A stretch of DNA of 64,000 bases from the NCBI RefSeq assembly GCF_009914755.1, contig NC_060931.1, one strand, 5' to 3'. The translations under genes were made by a program, and so were the position numbers. How positions within the stretch are numbered: position 1 is the stretch's first letter; every line of letters begins with the position of its first letter. The notes beneath the pieces are model-generated. The model ran no database searches, was not told the DNA's origin, and was given only the letters and a program-made list of their open reading frames with translations. This DNA comes from the human T2T-CHM13v2.0 reference genome, Homo sapiens. Shown here piece by piece: positions 1 through 13,100 of the stretch.

Positions 1-2899
1 CTTTAATGATAGCAGGCTTGAGTATCTGGTACCAGGCCACAGGATCACTGTATGCTTCTGACACTGGAATGAGAGAGTAGGTGGCAGAACACTTATAGCT
101 AAAGTAAAACTTCAGAGTTAAAACTGGCCTCAGCCTCTACTGCTACAACTGCTCCTGCATCTCCATTTTGTGTTGAGCTTAACAGAATTCTTTAAGAAAA
201 TAAGAACTGAAAAACAATTGGCAATGCAAATATCTTAATTGAAGACATTCTCTATCTGGAACTGGAGCATACTGTACAATGATGAAAATTAAAATTTTCA
301 TCCTTGCTTTTCATTGCTCTGTGACAGAAGGGTCTATATTTCTAAAGCAAATATAAGAAGAGAAATGCCTCGACTATCCTTGAGAAGTTCGTCATATTAT
401 GAATCCCATGTCCTAGTGTTTCTCATGACCAGGGCTTGTAATAAAATGATTGCATTATTAAAGGAGTCCATTATACCAACTCCATGAATCTTTGCTCAGA
501 GAAACAAATTTAGTAAGTGAAATCAGTAAGCTGCTAAGAGTATGGCTACATGCATAATATATTTTCATAATTGTTCAAAACTTCTATTTATGGGAATTAC
601 TTAGGATCTATTGTTATATCTTAGTCTCCAATTTGGAAGAGGCAAGAAAGTGAAGGACAGATTTTGCAAAAGGTAGGACCACCTTGAGAGAATGTTCCAT
701 TCAACATTTTTTACAACAAAGTCCAGCATCTGTCAAAATGGTTCTCATGTTTTGGCTTTAAGGAATCTTGATTATAAACATGACAGTAAAAGCCAAGCAT
801 TATGGTGTATTCAGAGTTTGAAGGCAGGGTGCCTTGATTAGCCAGTATGTATCACAGTCCTCCTTACATAGTCTGGCATACAAGATGGAAGTCAATTCTG
901 TGAATTAATAATTGGCAAGAACAAATTTGACATTTTTCCCTCAAAAGCTTCCTCAAATTTGTCTGAAAAGAACTGCATGTCTTTCAAAAAATATAAGAAA
1001 GCTGTTTTTTTAAAAACTGGAAATTATACTTTAAATTTGCAGAATGACTCTAAGAGAAAAAGTTTTCTAATTTTTCAGGATAGATTCAAAGGCCCGTTGA
1101 GAAGGAACCAGTTTAAAGCAGTGGAATCAATGTCCACTACATTGGACATGTATACATGACATGAATTTCCAAAAAATAGTCAGAATGCTCATAGGATGTG
1201 GAGGAGGAGGGGTGAGAGGGAGAATAATGGAGTAATTTTATCCAACTTTAGCCATTGCACCACTTCCTTGGAGATCAAATCATGATTTTCTCTTGCTCTA
1301 AAAAGGAGCTTTTCAAATTGAGCCAGTTTCCTTGGCCCCAAAGCTGCTTAATAAACTGTACATTTTATATTATCTGTTAGTAAAATGTTTTGGGGTAAAC
1401 ATTTTAATAATGATACAAGACAAATGTGAATAAATAAATAACTGGGATACAAAATTCTCATGGCTAAGAAGAGCTGCTTTGGGCTGGGCCATCAGAACCA
1501 ACAAAGGGCACCTATATATCCTCTGCCATTTGTATTAATTCCATTGAAACACTTTAGAAGTGATGTTCTAAGGAAAAAAGGAATTTGTTTAAGAATTTGA
1601 TTCATTTCAGCCCTATGCTCACTAGCGCCAATATTTAAAAATTGCTGATATCCTAGATAGAGAGGATCAGAGGAGAAGAACCCAAATGAGTGTATATTTA
1701 TTTACTCTTCAGTCATAAAAGACTGCTTAGTAACTCTACAACTGTATTCCTCCTGCATCTGGTACCATCATCTCCTATGAATCCATTCCCGACCTCTTGG
1801 TTCTGAGACCTGCCTAATTTATCAGGAAAGAGATTTCAGGAAATACAGATCTTTGCCTGGAACACTAAAGATCAAGTCAATTTGATTTGACTTTGGTTCC
1901 ATAGTTCTAATACCCAGGCCTCTGCTTTGTTCTTAGATATTGAACATCTGTTTATAATAAATTCTTATTTCCAATTGCTTAAGTTCTTACTTTAATTCCT
2001 TCCCAGTTTCCCAGCTCCTAAAAGACAGGGCCCATGTATTTTCCTTTCCAATTGCCTTTCTCTTCTTGTCCAGGATCTTTAACTAATACATTTCTCTCTG
2101 CTGTCTCATCTTCTCTTTCTTTATTCCCATACAATTTTGTTCATTTTACTGTTACAGAACTTATCACTATCTTCTATCAGGGAATATACTCTACTAATTG
2201 TATATTCTTAGAGATGATGACACAGATTCTAACATATAGAAAGTTTTCAATAAACTTTTTCAAATGAATGTGTCACCCTAGCTCTATGTTCCCTAATTAT
2301 AGAAGGAAGCACAGTCAAATCCACCACAAAACCATCTTACTTACTCTTGGCTAAGCACACTCAAGGGATCCTTAGAATGTCCAAGTAGTCTTTGAATTCA
2401 GCTTCAAATGTTATATTCCAACACACACATAGTCCACAGGGTAATGGATGAATGACTGGTTTCTCTCACTCATTCTACTTTTTCTCATGTTTTTGTCCTG
2501 GGGCTTCAATTCTTAGTTACATACTCTCTTTATCCCACTCTTTCTTTCTGCCAGTCCCTAGAAAAGTCAGTCTTCTCTCCTGTGTTGTTAGTCATGATTA
2601 GTCACTTCTAATTCTGTTATTGAATACAAGAGTAGGATCTTGAAAGTAAAATAGGGAGGAGTAGAAGCTCCCAGGATGGCATTATCTTGAAGTAGAGAAT
2701 CTGAAAAACCAGTGTTCTTTTATTATTGCAAAAGATGATTTTTATTAATTTTTAAATTTATTCTAGAATATTTATAAATTCACTATGTTGATCAATAAAA
2801 GAGCTGGTAATACAGCATTTATAAATTTATGTTCCCCTAAGAAGTTATTCTCTTGTGTCCTCTTATGTTAAAAGAATGACTCCTAGTCCATCCTGGGCT

Positions 2900-3270
2900 A
2901 CATTACAAAAGACCCTCTTCATAATCTTGGTCTCTGTATTGTAGGTTTTCCTTTATTAATCTAGCCATTGTAGGTGCCATGATATGTATAAAAAAAGAAG
3001 AGCTGAGTAAGGGTGACATAGGTGTTTGGATTTGCTGGGGTAACCACTGATCATCTTGTCTATTCTGAAGTAGTCAAAAAGAAAGCTGCAGGGGACAGAG
3101 GTTTCTGAGAGGTGGCCAGAGAGGCAATGTCCTCTATCTAGCCATGCTTCAAACCCCAGAGCCTGACTGGATTTCCAAACTTCCCATTGGTGTGAATTAA
3201 TACATAATCCACTTTTCTTTCCAAGGTAACATGAGTTGGTCTTCTACTACTGGCAATCTAATGAGCTAAA
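2900..3270 (+). mobile_element. Degenerate MaLR (MLT1-like) LTR fragment
   Basis: 3' part (AATACATAATCCACTTTTCTTTCCAAGGTAACATGAGTTGGTCTTCTACTACTGGCAATCTAA) resembles old MLT1 LTR 3' ends; boundaries approximate. Confidence 0.4.
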
Positions 3271-3689
3271 TTTGATGTTGTAAACACAAATCAAATCATT
3301 TACAATGTTATTCTATCTGAGACCAGGAAATTGCCTTGCTTTAGATAAAAGCTTAATATAGGAGACAGGAAGACAGGAATTTACATCTGAACTGATAAGA
3401 TAAAGGCATCAACATAGCAACAAGGTGAATAGGAAAATATTTTTTCAAGAGACCCAAACCACAACCACAAAAAGATATATTTCTATATATACTATTCTGG
3501 TGACTTTACTCATTTCACAGATAAATGGAAGAATGAATTTCATTTACCAGGGCAGACTGGAAGGGGAAGGATCTTTTAGAGCTAGCTATTCAGACTTCAG
3601 TGGGCAGTGAGGTAGAGAAATACAAGGAAAAGGAAATGTGGACCCAGTTGGATATTGGTAAGAAATTCCAGTCTATTAAATATAATAAT

Positions 3690-3920
3690 AATGGTGGCCA
3701 TTTTTATTGGCTATTATGGCTTTTAATGCCTTCTATGTGCTAGGCATGCCTCGTGCCTTATTTTCATTCCTTGTAACAAGTCTACAAGTACTAATAACTT
3801 TTTTACAAGAAGGAAACTTTAAGCTCAAAAAGTTGGTGAAAACCACAGAGTTAAAGGGGAAGGGTAGAGTTTGTACTCAAATCATCTGAATTCCAAAACA
3901 GGTTTATTTTTCCCCACTAC
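3690..3920 (-). mobile_element. MIR SINE
   Basis: Antisense MIR core TTTTACAAGAAGGAAACTTTAAGCTCAAAAAG followed by a decayed tRNA-derived head. Confidence 0.6.
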
Positions 3921-4092
3921 GCTAATCTAGCCACTTGAAACAGGGAGACCAAGGCAAGCAGTGATTGGCAATACGTTGACTTCCTGGATTTCTGGCAGAA
4001 GACACCAATATGGGCAAGGAAATTATTGAAATGTCAATCCTACTTTGGATATTTCCCTGGATTAAAAGAATAGGTATACTAAAAGGCAAATT

Positions 4093-4330
4093 GTATAGTT
4101 TCATAGTTTATGGAATAAGCCATGGAGCTAGTTTTCCTGGGTTCAAATTACAGCTTCTCCACTTGCTAGTTTTGACATCTTGCCTAAGCTATTTAACCTC
4201 TTTGTTCACCATTTTAAAAATGGGCCTATTAATAATATAGACCTCTTAGAGCTGTTATGAGAATCACATGTGTTAATGTTTTTAAAGCTCTTAGAAGAGC
4301 AATGAACATATAGTAAGGATTACATAACCC
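4093..4330 (+). mobile_element. MIR SINE
   Basis: CCTGGGTTCAAATTACAGCTTCTCCACTTGCTAG...AAAATGGG...GTTATGAGAATCACATG is colinear with the MIR consensus. Confidence 0.75.
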
Positions 4331-4420
4331 TTTATCAAATAAATAAGTGCCAGAAGGTATAAGTGTTGTAGCTTAACTTTAGTATTGTGTATTTTTAGCT
4401 TTGAATTGTTTCCTTTAGGC

Positions 4421-4630
4421 CAGCATTTCTCAGGTTTGACACGATTTTCATTTTGGGCCATACTGTACTTCATGATGAAGGCTGTACTGTACACTGTAGG
4501 ATGTTTAGCAGCACCCCTGGTCTCTACCCACTAGATGTCAGTAGCACCTCCCCAGTTGTGACAACTAAAAATGTCTCCAGACAAAGCCAAATTTCCGCTC
4601 GGGTTGGGGCAAAATTGTACCCCTTCTGCT
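4421..4630 (-). mobile_element. MER20 (hAT-Charlie DNA transposon)
   Basis: TAGGATGTTTAGCAGCACCCCTGGTCTCTACCCACTAGATG...CCCAGTTGTGACAACTAAAAATGTCTCCAGACA matches MER20. Confidence 0.85.
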
Positions 4631-4843
4631 TATAAAGCTTGGATTTATGTGCAATTATTATTTGCTTCAAACTTATAAAGTGGAGCTAATTGCTTCATGT
4701 CACTACTACCACAGACATTTCAAAATCAAAATAAGAAATGTGTTAGCAAAGTTCTTGGAAGAATGAGATGTCATCAGCTTGCTCTCAAGTCTACTCGTTT
4801 TCATTCACTCATTTCTAAATACTGTATTTCTCTATTCCATGTA

Positions 4844-4930
4844 CTCTGGCTTTTCTGTTTCTTTGTGTATTTCCCCTCTGTGCCCTTCTCTGTGTAGCAA
4901 CGCCGCATGGCTACCAGCAGGTGGTATCCA
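4844..4930 (+). promoter_or_regulatory. Candidate 3' splice site (AG at 4896-4897) followed by a CTCF-like motif (4914-4926)
   Basis: About 45-nt pyrimidine-rich tract ending TCTCTGTGTAG|CAACGCC; CCAGCAGGTGGTA is one base from the CTCF core CCASYAGRKGGC; local CpG retention. Confidence 0.35.
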
Positions 4931-6294
4931 TGAATAATGTGATCTACATCTTTTCCCTGGCAAGCGTCATCAGATCACCTCTCCCACGCTGCTGTGTCGT
5001 GGCTTAGATGCTGAGAGTTCTATAGAAATAATCGGCATCTTTCCCTTACTTAGGAGAAACAAAAAGTTTTCAAATAGAATTTTGCCTTCGTAATTCTGAG
5101 GGCTTCCTCCAACACTTTGTATCTAGCAGCAGATATTATATATAACTCCACATGAGTCCAATGGCATTACTTGTAAGCAGACGATTAGAGTCATTTGCTT
5201 TGCTGAATATTCAGAATTCGGCTACATTGAGTACCCAGATTATATTATTTCACTCATCTTAGCTGACTACCAATGACTACATCCCACAATTCCATGTGTC
5301 AATGTGGAAACTGGCTTAGAGATAATAAAAGACACCTGAATAATACATTTGCCTACTGCATTTTAAATGCCCACAAATGCAGAGTCTTCCCATTAGTATA
5401 TCACAGTTATGCTTTTGATGGGTTCCAACTCTAGTAATGAATCATAATCATATGAAAATAAATCAACATTTCATATGCCACATGGTATTTAAAGGCATCC
5501 ATTCATTATTTCACATTTCAGGAAGATGTATATTAGATAATAATATTATAATTTATAAAATTTCAACAAATTTCAATATATTACAATCTTGTCTCTTCTC
5601 ATGCAGCAATCTGAGTTTACCAGTTTTCCTTCTCTGGATTTTACATTCTGACTTTTAATTTGGCATAGGGGGAGCCCTAGCCCCACTATTGTTTTGTCAA
5701 AATATTGAAAACAGCTCTTTGGAAAATGGGTACAGGAAATCTTCAGAAATAATGTAGTCATTTCTGAGCCCCTTTCCAGGAAGTAAAGTTGAGAACTGAT
5801 AACCAAAGCAAAGTTGAAGGGTAGAATTCTAAATTAGTTTAATTCATCTGATACATTGGAAGGCTTTTGCTGTTTCACTTTCCCTGGGCCACTTCTATAC
5901 TGGCTATAGAATTAGGTACAGCCAATCCTTTCCTGGAGCGTCACAATCCATATCTGGCCTTGTAGACCAATCAATATTGTAGTGATCTGTATTGATCTTT
6001 AAGAGAGTTAGCATGACTGGTTCCACCGTTTGATCAATTCTTGGGTATAGATCCAGTCTAAAAGTTCTGGTCCTCATGAAAATTTGATCAAACAAATTAC
6101 CCCAAATAGAACTTTGACAGCTTAGTAATAGATTATCCTAAATCAGTAAAATAAGGTGAGGCTTTATTACTCAATATGTAACAGATAATTTTAGATACAT
6201 TTCTATTGAAGAATTATTATTAGTAGAAGTTGGGAAGATATATTTGCATAACATTTCACCTTTTTTTACATTATGAAAAATTTGTGCTGCATTC

Positions 6295-6300
<6 letters not shown>

Positions 6301-6329
<29 letters not shown>

Positions 6330-6347
6330 GTCTATCTATCTATCTAT
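6301..6347. repeat. (TATC)n tetranucleotide microsatellite with one TGTC interruption
   Basis: TATCTATCTATC...TATCTGTCTATC seen directly. Confidence 0.95.
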
Positions 6348-6549
6348 CACCACATACATTCTTCCCTCAGGTTTGTCGATCATAACATTTTGTCATATTG
6401 CTTTGATCCTTGTTATTTTTCAGAAGAAATCATTGCTGGAAATCCCTACATGTATCATCCTGATCACATTTCTATTTATCCTTTTTCAATCATTCTCCAG
6501 AATTTGGTATTTAGCTTGCCATGAAAGTTTTTATCCTGTCTGTTTTATA

Positions 6550-8530
6550 ATAAATGGTCTCATACTCATTGTTTCCTTCAAGTTGATTTTCATTTAATTT
6601 AAATTTTGTGAGATATATCTATGTTGATACAGCTATTATATAGATGAGAGTAGTGGAAATTATTTATCCATCCTTCAGTTGAAGAGCATTTAGGTTGTTT
6701 ACAATCTGTTTCTATTACAAACAGTGCTGCAATGAACATTTGTGTACATGTCTTCTTGTGCAATGTGTGAAAGAGTCCCTAACAGTAGATAAAAAAAGTG
6801 TCTTCAAATTTATCAGATATCCCCAAGTCATTCTTCAATTTACACTTCCTCTATTCATTTATAAGACAGTTTGTATTATTCCACAATGTCATCGACACTT
6901 AGTATTATTCAACTTTATTTTATTTGCCAGTCTAGGAGAATGAGATGGTATTTTATTGTGGTTTAATTTACATTTATATTATTACCAGTGTGTTCCCCTA
7001 TGCTTATTTGCTATTGGGTTTTACTTTTTAAAAATTTTTGTTGCTATTATTTGCTAATTTTTAATCTTTGGTTGCACAACCTTGTTTCTTTGATTTGAAG
7101 AATATTTCTCCCCCAACCTTAACCACCCTAATCCTCCAATATTACCTTGTTATTTCTGATATCAAAGTTATTTTGTGTGTGCTTTGTTGTATGTTTTTTT
7201 AAACAAGTGTATTTAAAATGTATTTTTCTTACATGAAAACAGCTTTATTTTATTCAGCATTAAATAAATAATACACCTCTCCATTAAAATAGTTTAATGA
7301 TACATAAACATATATTAAAATTAAGATCACCTGTAATTTCACTATTCCTAAATAACTGCCACTAACATTTCACTGCATCTTTCAGTGCAATTCTTGGGCA
7401 TTCACCCACTCATATACACATATTAATAATTTTACATATAATTGTATCATAGACAATTTTCCCTCTTCTCCTACTTCTTCATCACTTCCATTTCTGTCTT
7501 CTGTCACTCCAGGTAAGGCATGTTAATAACCTCAAATGTGTTTAAATATTTGACTCTGTACTAAATATAATTCCATATGCCCTTTTTCATTAACTTTTAT
7601 TAATTCTTTTACTATATTAAATTATTATATATGTTATATGCTAATTATTTTGTTATATTTTATTTTTATTTATATTATTGAATTATATCTACAGTAAATG
7701 CATCCATTTTAAAAGTAGAGTTGATGAGTTTTGACCAATATAAAAATACTGTGTAACAATTACCAAAATTATAATATAGAACATTTCCTTTACCCCAAAT
7801 ATTTCCTGTGTCTCCTTTCAGCCATTCTGCTAGTGAGTAGAAGTATCTTATTTTAGTATTAATTTGCAAACTCCTGATGAATAATGATATTGAACATATT
7901 TTATGTACTTCTTAGATAGTTATATGTTTTCCTTTCTAAAGTGTCAGTTTAAATCTTTTGTCCAATTTTATTTTGTTTTATTTTAATTTTTTTTCATTTT
8001 TAACTTTTGTGGGTACTTAACACGTATATATATTTATGGGGTATATGGGATATTTAGGTAACAGGTATACAATGTGTAAGAATCACACCAAGGTAAACTG
8101 GGCATCCAGTTTGCTTTCTTACTATTGAGTTTAAGTAATTCTTTATATCTTCTGGATTCAAGTTCTTGTTCAATATATGTATTGAGAATGTTTTCTTCTA
8201 GTCTGTGGCTTGCCTCTTCATTTTCTTAATGGTGTCTTTCAGGAGCAGAAGTTAATTTTGGTTAAGTCCAGTTTGTCATTTTTCTTTGTGGTTTGTGCTT
8301 TTCATAGTCTGCCTACAAATTCTTTATCCATCCCAAGGCCACGAACATTTTTTCTTTGTTTTCTTCTAAAAGTATTTTAGTATTAGCCTTTACATTTAGG
8401 TTAATTAACAATTTTAAATTAACCTCTTGAGTGTAGTGTGAGTTAAAAGTTGAGGTTTATGTTTAATATAGAGAAACATTATAATTTATTGAATAATTAT
8501 TAAATTATTCATTTAATTTTCTTTGTCTTT
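6550..8530 (-). mobile_element. Old LINE-1 (L1M/L1ME, short L1MA piece at about 7990-8105) 3' fragments
   Basis: Antisense L1 3'-region motifs (ACAAACAGTGCTGCAATGAACATT, GATGGTATTTTATTGTGGTTTAATTT, CTAGTCTGTGGCTTGCCT); boundaries approximate. Confidence 0.7.
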
Positions 8531-8544
8531 TTGTAAGAAATTAA

Positions 8545-9699
8545 CTAAGTTCTTGTTGAAAGGCTCTGAAGAAAAATCTGCTTCAGATTTCTTTCAGGTT
8601 GTTAGAAAAATTTTGTTCCTTACATTTGTAAGGTTGAGATCCTTGTTTCCTTGCTGACTATCAGTGTGCGGATGGTTTCAGCAATTAGAAGCTACACTCA
8701 TTTCTTTATACATAGTCCCTCAATCTTCAAGCTAGCAATAACATGTCAAATTCTTCTTATATCCTAGAAATCTGATTGCATCTATGACCAGCTGGGGAAA
8801 ATTCTCTACTTTTAAAGGCTCATGCAATTTGGTAAGACCCACCTGGATTATCTTCTTATCTTAAGGTCAACTCTGCCTACAACATATCCTAACCACTGAA
8901 ATAAAATATATCATTTTAAAGGTCCCAGGAATGATGCAGGGTGTGCATGAGGGGTATGGTAATTCTTGGGGGCTATCTTAGAATTCTTCCTACCACAGTC
9001 TGCTATTTGGCCCTCAAAGGTTCAAGTCCCTGCCAAATGGACATCCCATTCTCTCCCTCTCAAGCATTTCCAGGGTCTTATGTACCACATTACAGTATTG
9101 GCTCAAATGCAGGTTCTTATTTAAATCTCATTAGCTCAGAGTTTGGACTCTCAACATGTAAATCATCAAAATCACATACAGAGAATGTTCCTGGGTATAA
9201 TTCATTAAGTGCAACTCCTAGGGCACAATTACTGTTTACCTATGGATCTGTGAAACTAAAGAGACGATTTACATGACCTCAGTACTTCCTACACACAAGG
9301 GCAGAACAAGCATTGGCTAATAGTTATAGGCATTCCAATTCAAAAAAGGTAAAAATGGGTGGTAAAAAGGAATAACTGGTCCAAAGCAATTCTGAAATTT
9401 AGCCAGGCTGAATCTAACCTGAATTGCTTGATTAGGTTTCAAAGCTTGAGGATAATCTTTTATGGCTCTTTTCTCTGTCCCTGAGCTCTCATTTGAGCCC
9501 TGATAGGTCTTGGCTATGATCTTTCTGCTCTTGGTTTCATTCTCCTTTAGTCATGTTTCCTTTTCTTTTTTCATGAAAGATAATATGTGCATACACTTGA
9601 GTAATTTTATCAACATGCTTCCTTTCAAAAGTATAATGTACATCTAGCAACCTTCTTTGTCATGTTGTATTCTCTCTGATCCTTTTAATCCAAGCTAAC
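8545..9699 (-). mobile_element. MLT1-family LTR (about 8545-8997) plus MaLR internal sequence
   Basis: GGCTCTGAAGAAAAATCTGCTTC...CTTAGAATTCTTCCTACCACA LTR end, followed by MLT-int-like sequence. Confidence 0.6.
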
Positions 9700-10230
9700 T
9701 GTGATGGTTAATATTGAGTGTCAACTTGATTGGATTGAAGGAGGCAAAGTATCGTTCCTGAGTGTTGCCAAAGGAGATTAACATTTGAGTCAGTGGACTG
9801 GGAGAGGCAGACCCACTCTCAATCTGGGTGGGCACCATCTAATGTGCTGCCAGCACAGCTAGAATAAAGCAGCAGAAGTTGGAAAGAACAGACTTGCTGA
9901 GTCTTCTGGCTTTCATCTTTCTCCCATGCTGGATGCTTCCTGCCCTCAAACATCAGACTCCAGGTTCTTCAGCTTTTGGACTCTTAGACTTCCACCAGTG
10001 GTTTGCCAGAGGCTCTTGGGTCTTTGGCCACTGACTGAAGGCTGCACTGTTGGCTTCCCTACTTTTGAGGTTTCGAGTCTCGGACTGGTTTTCTTGTTCC
10101 TCAGCTTGCAGACTGTCTACTGTGAGACTTCACCTTGTGATTGTGTGAGTCAATACTCCTTAATAAACTCCCCTTCATATAATCATCTATCCTATTAGTT
10201 CTGTCCCTCTAGAGACCCCTGACTAATACA
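9700..10230 (+). mobile_element. MLT2A solo LTR (ERV-L) nested in the MaLR internal region
   Basis: Starts TGTGATGGTTAATATTGAGTGTCAACTTGATTGGATTGAAGGA, ends CTGTCCCTCTAGAGACCCCTGACTAATACA, has AATAAA, TG...CA termini. Confidence 0.9.
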
Positions 10231-10299
10231 CTGGCTGTGTGTCTGATGGTATATTTTCTCAAGAACCTTTATATCTCATATTTATTTTTCACATGTGTA

Positions 10300-13100
10300 T
10301 TTTTGAGTAATATTGTTCTTTAGTTCTCTTTTACTGTGATGTGTTTGCCTGTTTTTTGGTATCACAACAAGGCCAGCCTCATAAAATAAGTTGATACTTG
10401 TTTCTGGTAGATTGTATGCAAAATTGGTTTTTCTTTCTTAAGTATATTCTATAATTAACCAATGAAGCTATTCGGGTCTGAAGGATTTTTGTAAGAAGAT
10501 TTTCAAGTATGGATCTATTCTCTTATAGGTAGAGATTTATTCAGGTTATGCAGTATTTTTTAGTGAGCTTTGGTAATTTGGGTCTTTCAATGGATTTGTT
10601 AATTTAATCTAAGTTTTATAAATTATGGCATTAAGCTGTTTACAATTTCTGTAAGATCTGTAATGATTTTTATTTTGCATGCCTTGTACTGATAATTCAT
10701 GTTTTTTTTTTTGACCAGTCTTACTAAAGATTTTTTATTTTATTGGTCTTTTAAAAAAACAGACTTTAGTTTCATAGATTTACATTTGTTAGTTTTTGGA
10801 TTCCATTTTCATTGATTTCTGCCTTTATATGTAGTATTTCCTTCTTTCTGTTTGCTTTGAGTGTAATTAGCTGTTCTTTTTCTAGTTTCTAATGGAGACA
10901 ATTAGATCATTGATTTTAGAGATTCTTTTTCTATATTAGCACTTAAAAACTAAAATTTCCTTCTAAATTTTGCTTTAATTGTATACAGAAAATGTTGATG
11001 TCTTTTGCTTATTATCATTAGTTCAAAATATTTTCTATATTTATTTGGTGATTTTTTTTTATTTGGCCCATGACTTATTTAAATGTAAGTTGTTTAATTC
11101 CCAGATATATGGGTCTTTTCTAGACATATTATTTTTGCTATTTGTAATTAAATTCCCTTTTAAATTCCATAACATATTATGTAAAATTTCATTTCAAATT
11201 TTTAAGATTTATTTTCCATCCTATGTTCTATCTTCATGTACCTTTTATGATCACTTGAAAAACATATGCTTCTTCACTTGTTGAGTGTAGTGCTGATATA
11301 ATTGGCAATTAGGTTAATGTAATTAATGTCAGTCCAATCGTCTATATCTTTACTTACATATATTTACACCTTTGCCATTTTTTACTGTTTTATATTTCTT
11401 TCTGTAGATTGAAATTTCCCTCTAGAGTGTTTTTTTTTCTTTAACATTTCTTGTAGTGCAGATCTTTGGACAATACAATTTCTCAGTTTTTGTTTATATA
11501 AAAATTTATTCATTTCACTTTTATCTTTGGAGTTTTCTTCACTGGATGTAGAATTCTTAGTTGACAACTTTTTTCTTTTAGCCTTATAAATACATCATTT
11601 CTTGTCTTCTGGTTTGCAGAGTTTCTGATAAGAAGTCATCTGTTATTTAATCATTGTTATTCTGTATATCACATGCCATTTTTCTCTAGCTGCTTTTCAG
11701 ATTTTCTGTCTATCTTTGACTTTCAGCAATTTTAGTATGATGTGTCTAGAAGAGTTATTTTTTATTTTTATCTTGCTTGGAGTTTGTTGATGTTCTTGGA
11801 TCTGGCACTCAGCCAAGAAGAGCATCCAACTCACAGATCTGGTTCCATATTACTCTATCTTGCAAGAGTAGATTTCCTCGTGGTCTCTGTTAGCCTTTCC
11901 TTTTTGTTCACTCGGATCTCCCTCATACATTTATCATGTAGTTGTCAGCAGTGAGTTGAGCTGTTCATACTCTGAATTTTGGTCACTCTTTTTTTTTTTC
12001 TTTTGTTTCTTGCACTGCCACAACTTCTCCCTTATATTCCCAGCTTTTTTCTCAGATCTGAACTCTAATTTTTGGAACTTTTACATGGTAGGGCTGTGGA
12101 TGTTTTTCCCACTGCCATTTTTCATAGTTCTAGCCACTGGCACTGGGCAATGTCTTTAGATCAGCTATTTCCAAACTCAGAATTTCTATGTCTTCCAGTT
12201 ACAGGTTTTTTAGATTAAATGCTCCCCCAGCTTCTGTCTACTTTTGGAGATTTTCCAATGTCTTTAAATATTTTTTCAATTATACAATTGTTATCATTGT
12301 TAACTGTGGGAAATTAGTGTGCAACGAAAATTATCCTTTATAGGTACTGGAAGTTAGGTCTCGACTTTTCTAAACTTGCTTTTTGTACCCCCAAATTATT
12401 AAATATTTTTCTTATTATTTTATATAATCGTTTTTGTTCTTACCTCCTTAGAATTTACATCTGTTTTTTTCTGAGTTGTATCTTCTAGTAGTTCTTTCAG
12501 TGAGGATTTATTATTATTACAATCTCTTACTTTTTTTCTTAAAATGTTACTATTTTGTTGTCACATTGAATGGTAAAGTTAGGTCAATATAGGATTTTAG
12601 GTTGACTGTTATTTTCTTCAGGTAGTATAGCTCTGGTTGCTTTTAAGTTCTCTTCTTTAGCATTCTGTATAATGTGCTCTTTTTTTTTACTATATTGTAA
12701 TATTTACTATATTATAGATTTACTATATTGTAGATTAATTATAATTTATTCTGTTCAGAACCTGTTCATGATTTCTGAAGCTGATTCTGAGTACTCGTGG
12801 TTTTTATAAATTCTGGAAATTCTAAGTTATTCTTTTCAAGTATTTTTTCTTCACATCTTTGTCTCTCCGGAATGCCTATTAACTTACAATGGTTTTTAAA
12901 ATATATTCTATATTTCTTAATTCTTCTTTTCTATTTTTGTGACTAATTTAATATTTAGCTTCCAATTTAATAACTCTTATTTCAGTTGTATGTATTGGTG
13001 GTTTAACTTTACATTATATTTTTAACTTTTGTTACTTTTTTTCTCTTTCCCTGTTTCAATTTCTATTTTCTACCTTTAGTATACCTTAAATATTTTTTTT
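10300..13100 (-). mobile_element. Ancient L1M/L1ME ORF2-region fragments
   Basis: T-rich antisense L1 motifs (GGCCAGCCTCATAAAATAAGTTG, CATTTCTTGTAGTGCAGATCT, GTTTCTGATAAGAAGTCATCTGTTA). Confidence 0.65.

Noticed and set aside
5904-6095. 63-aa minus-strand ORF with protein-like composition (LDLYPRIDQTVEPV...)
   Set aside because: No recognisable homology, non-ATG start, weak splice signals; likely chance
12687-12736. Three copies of TTTACTATATT(G/A)TA
   Set aside because: Low-complexity AT-rich slippage inside an old L1
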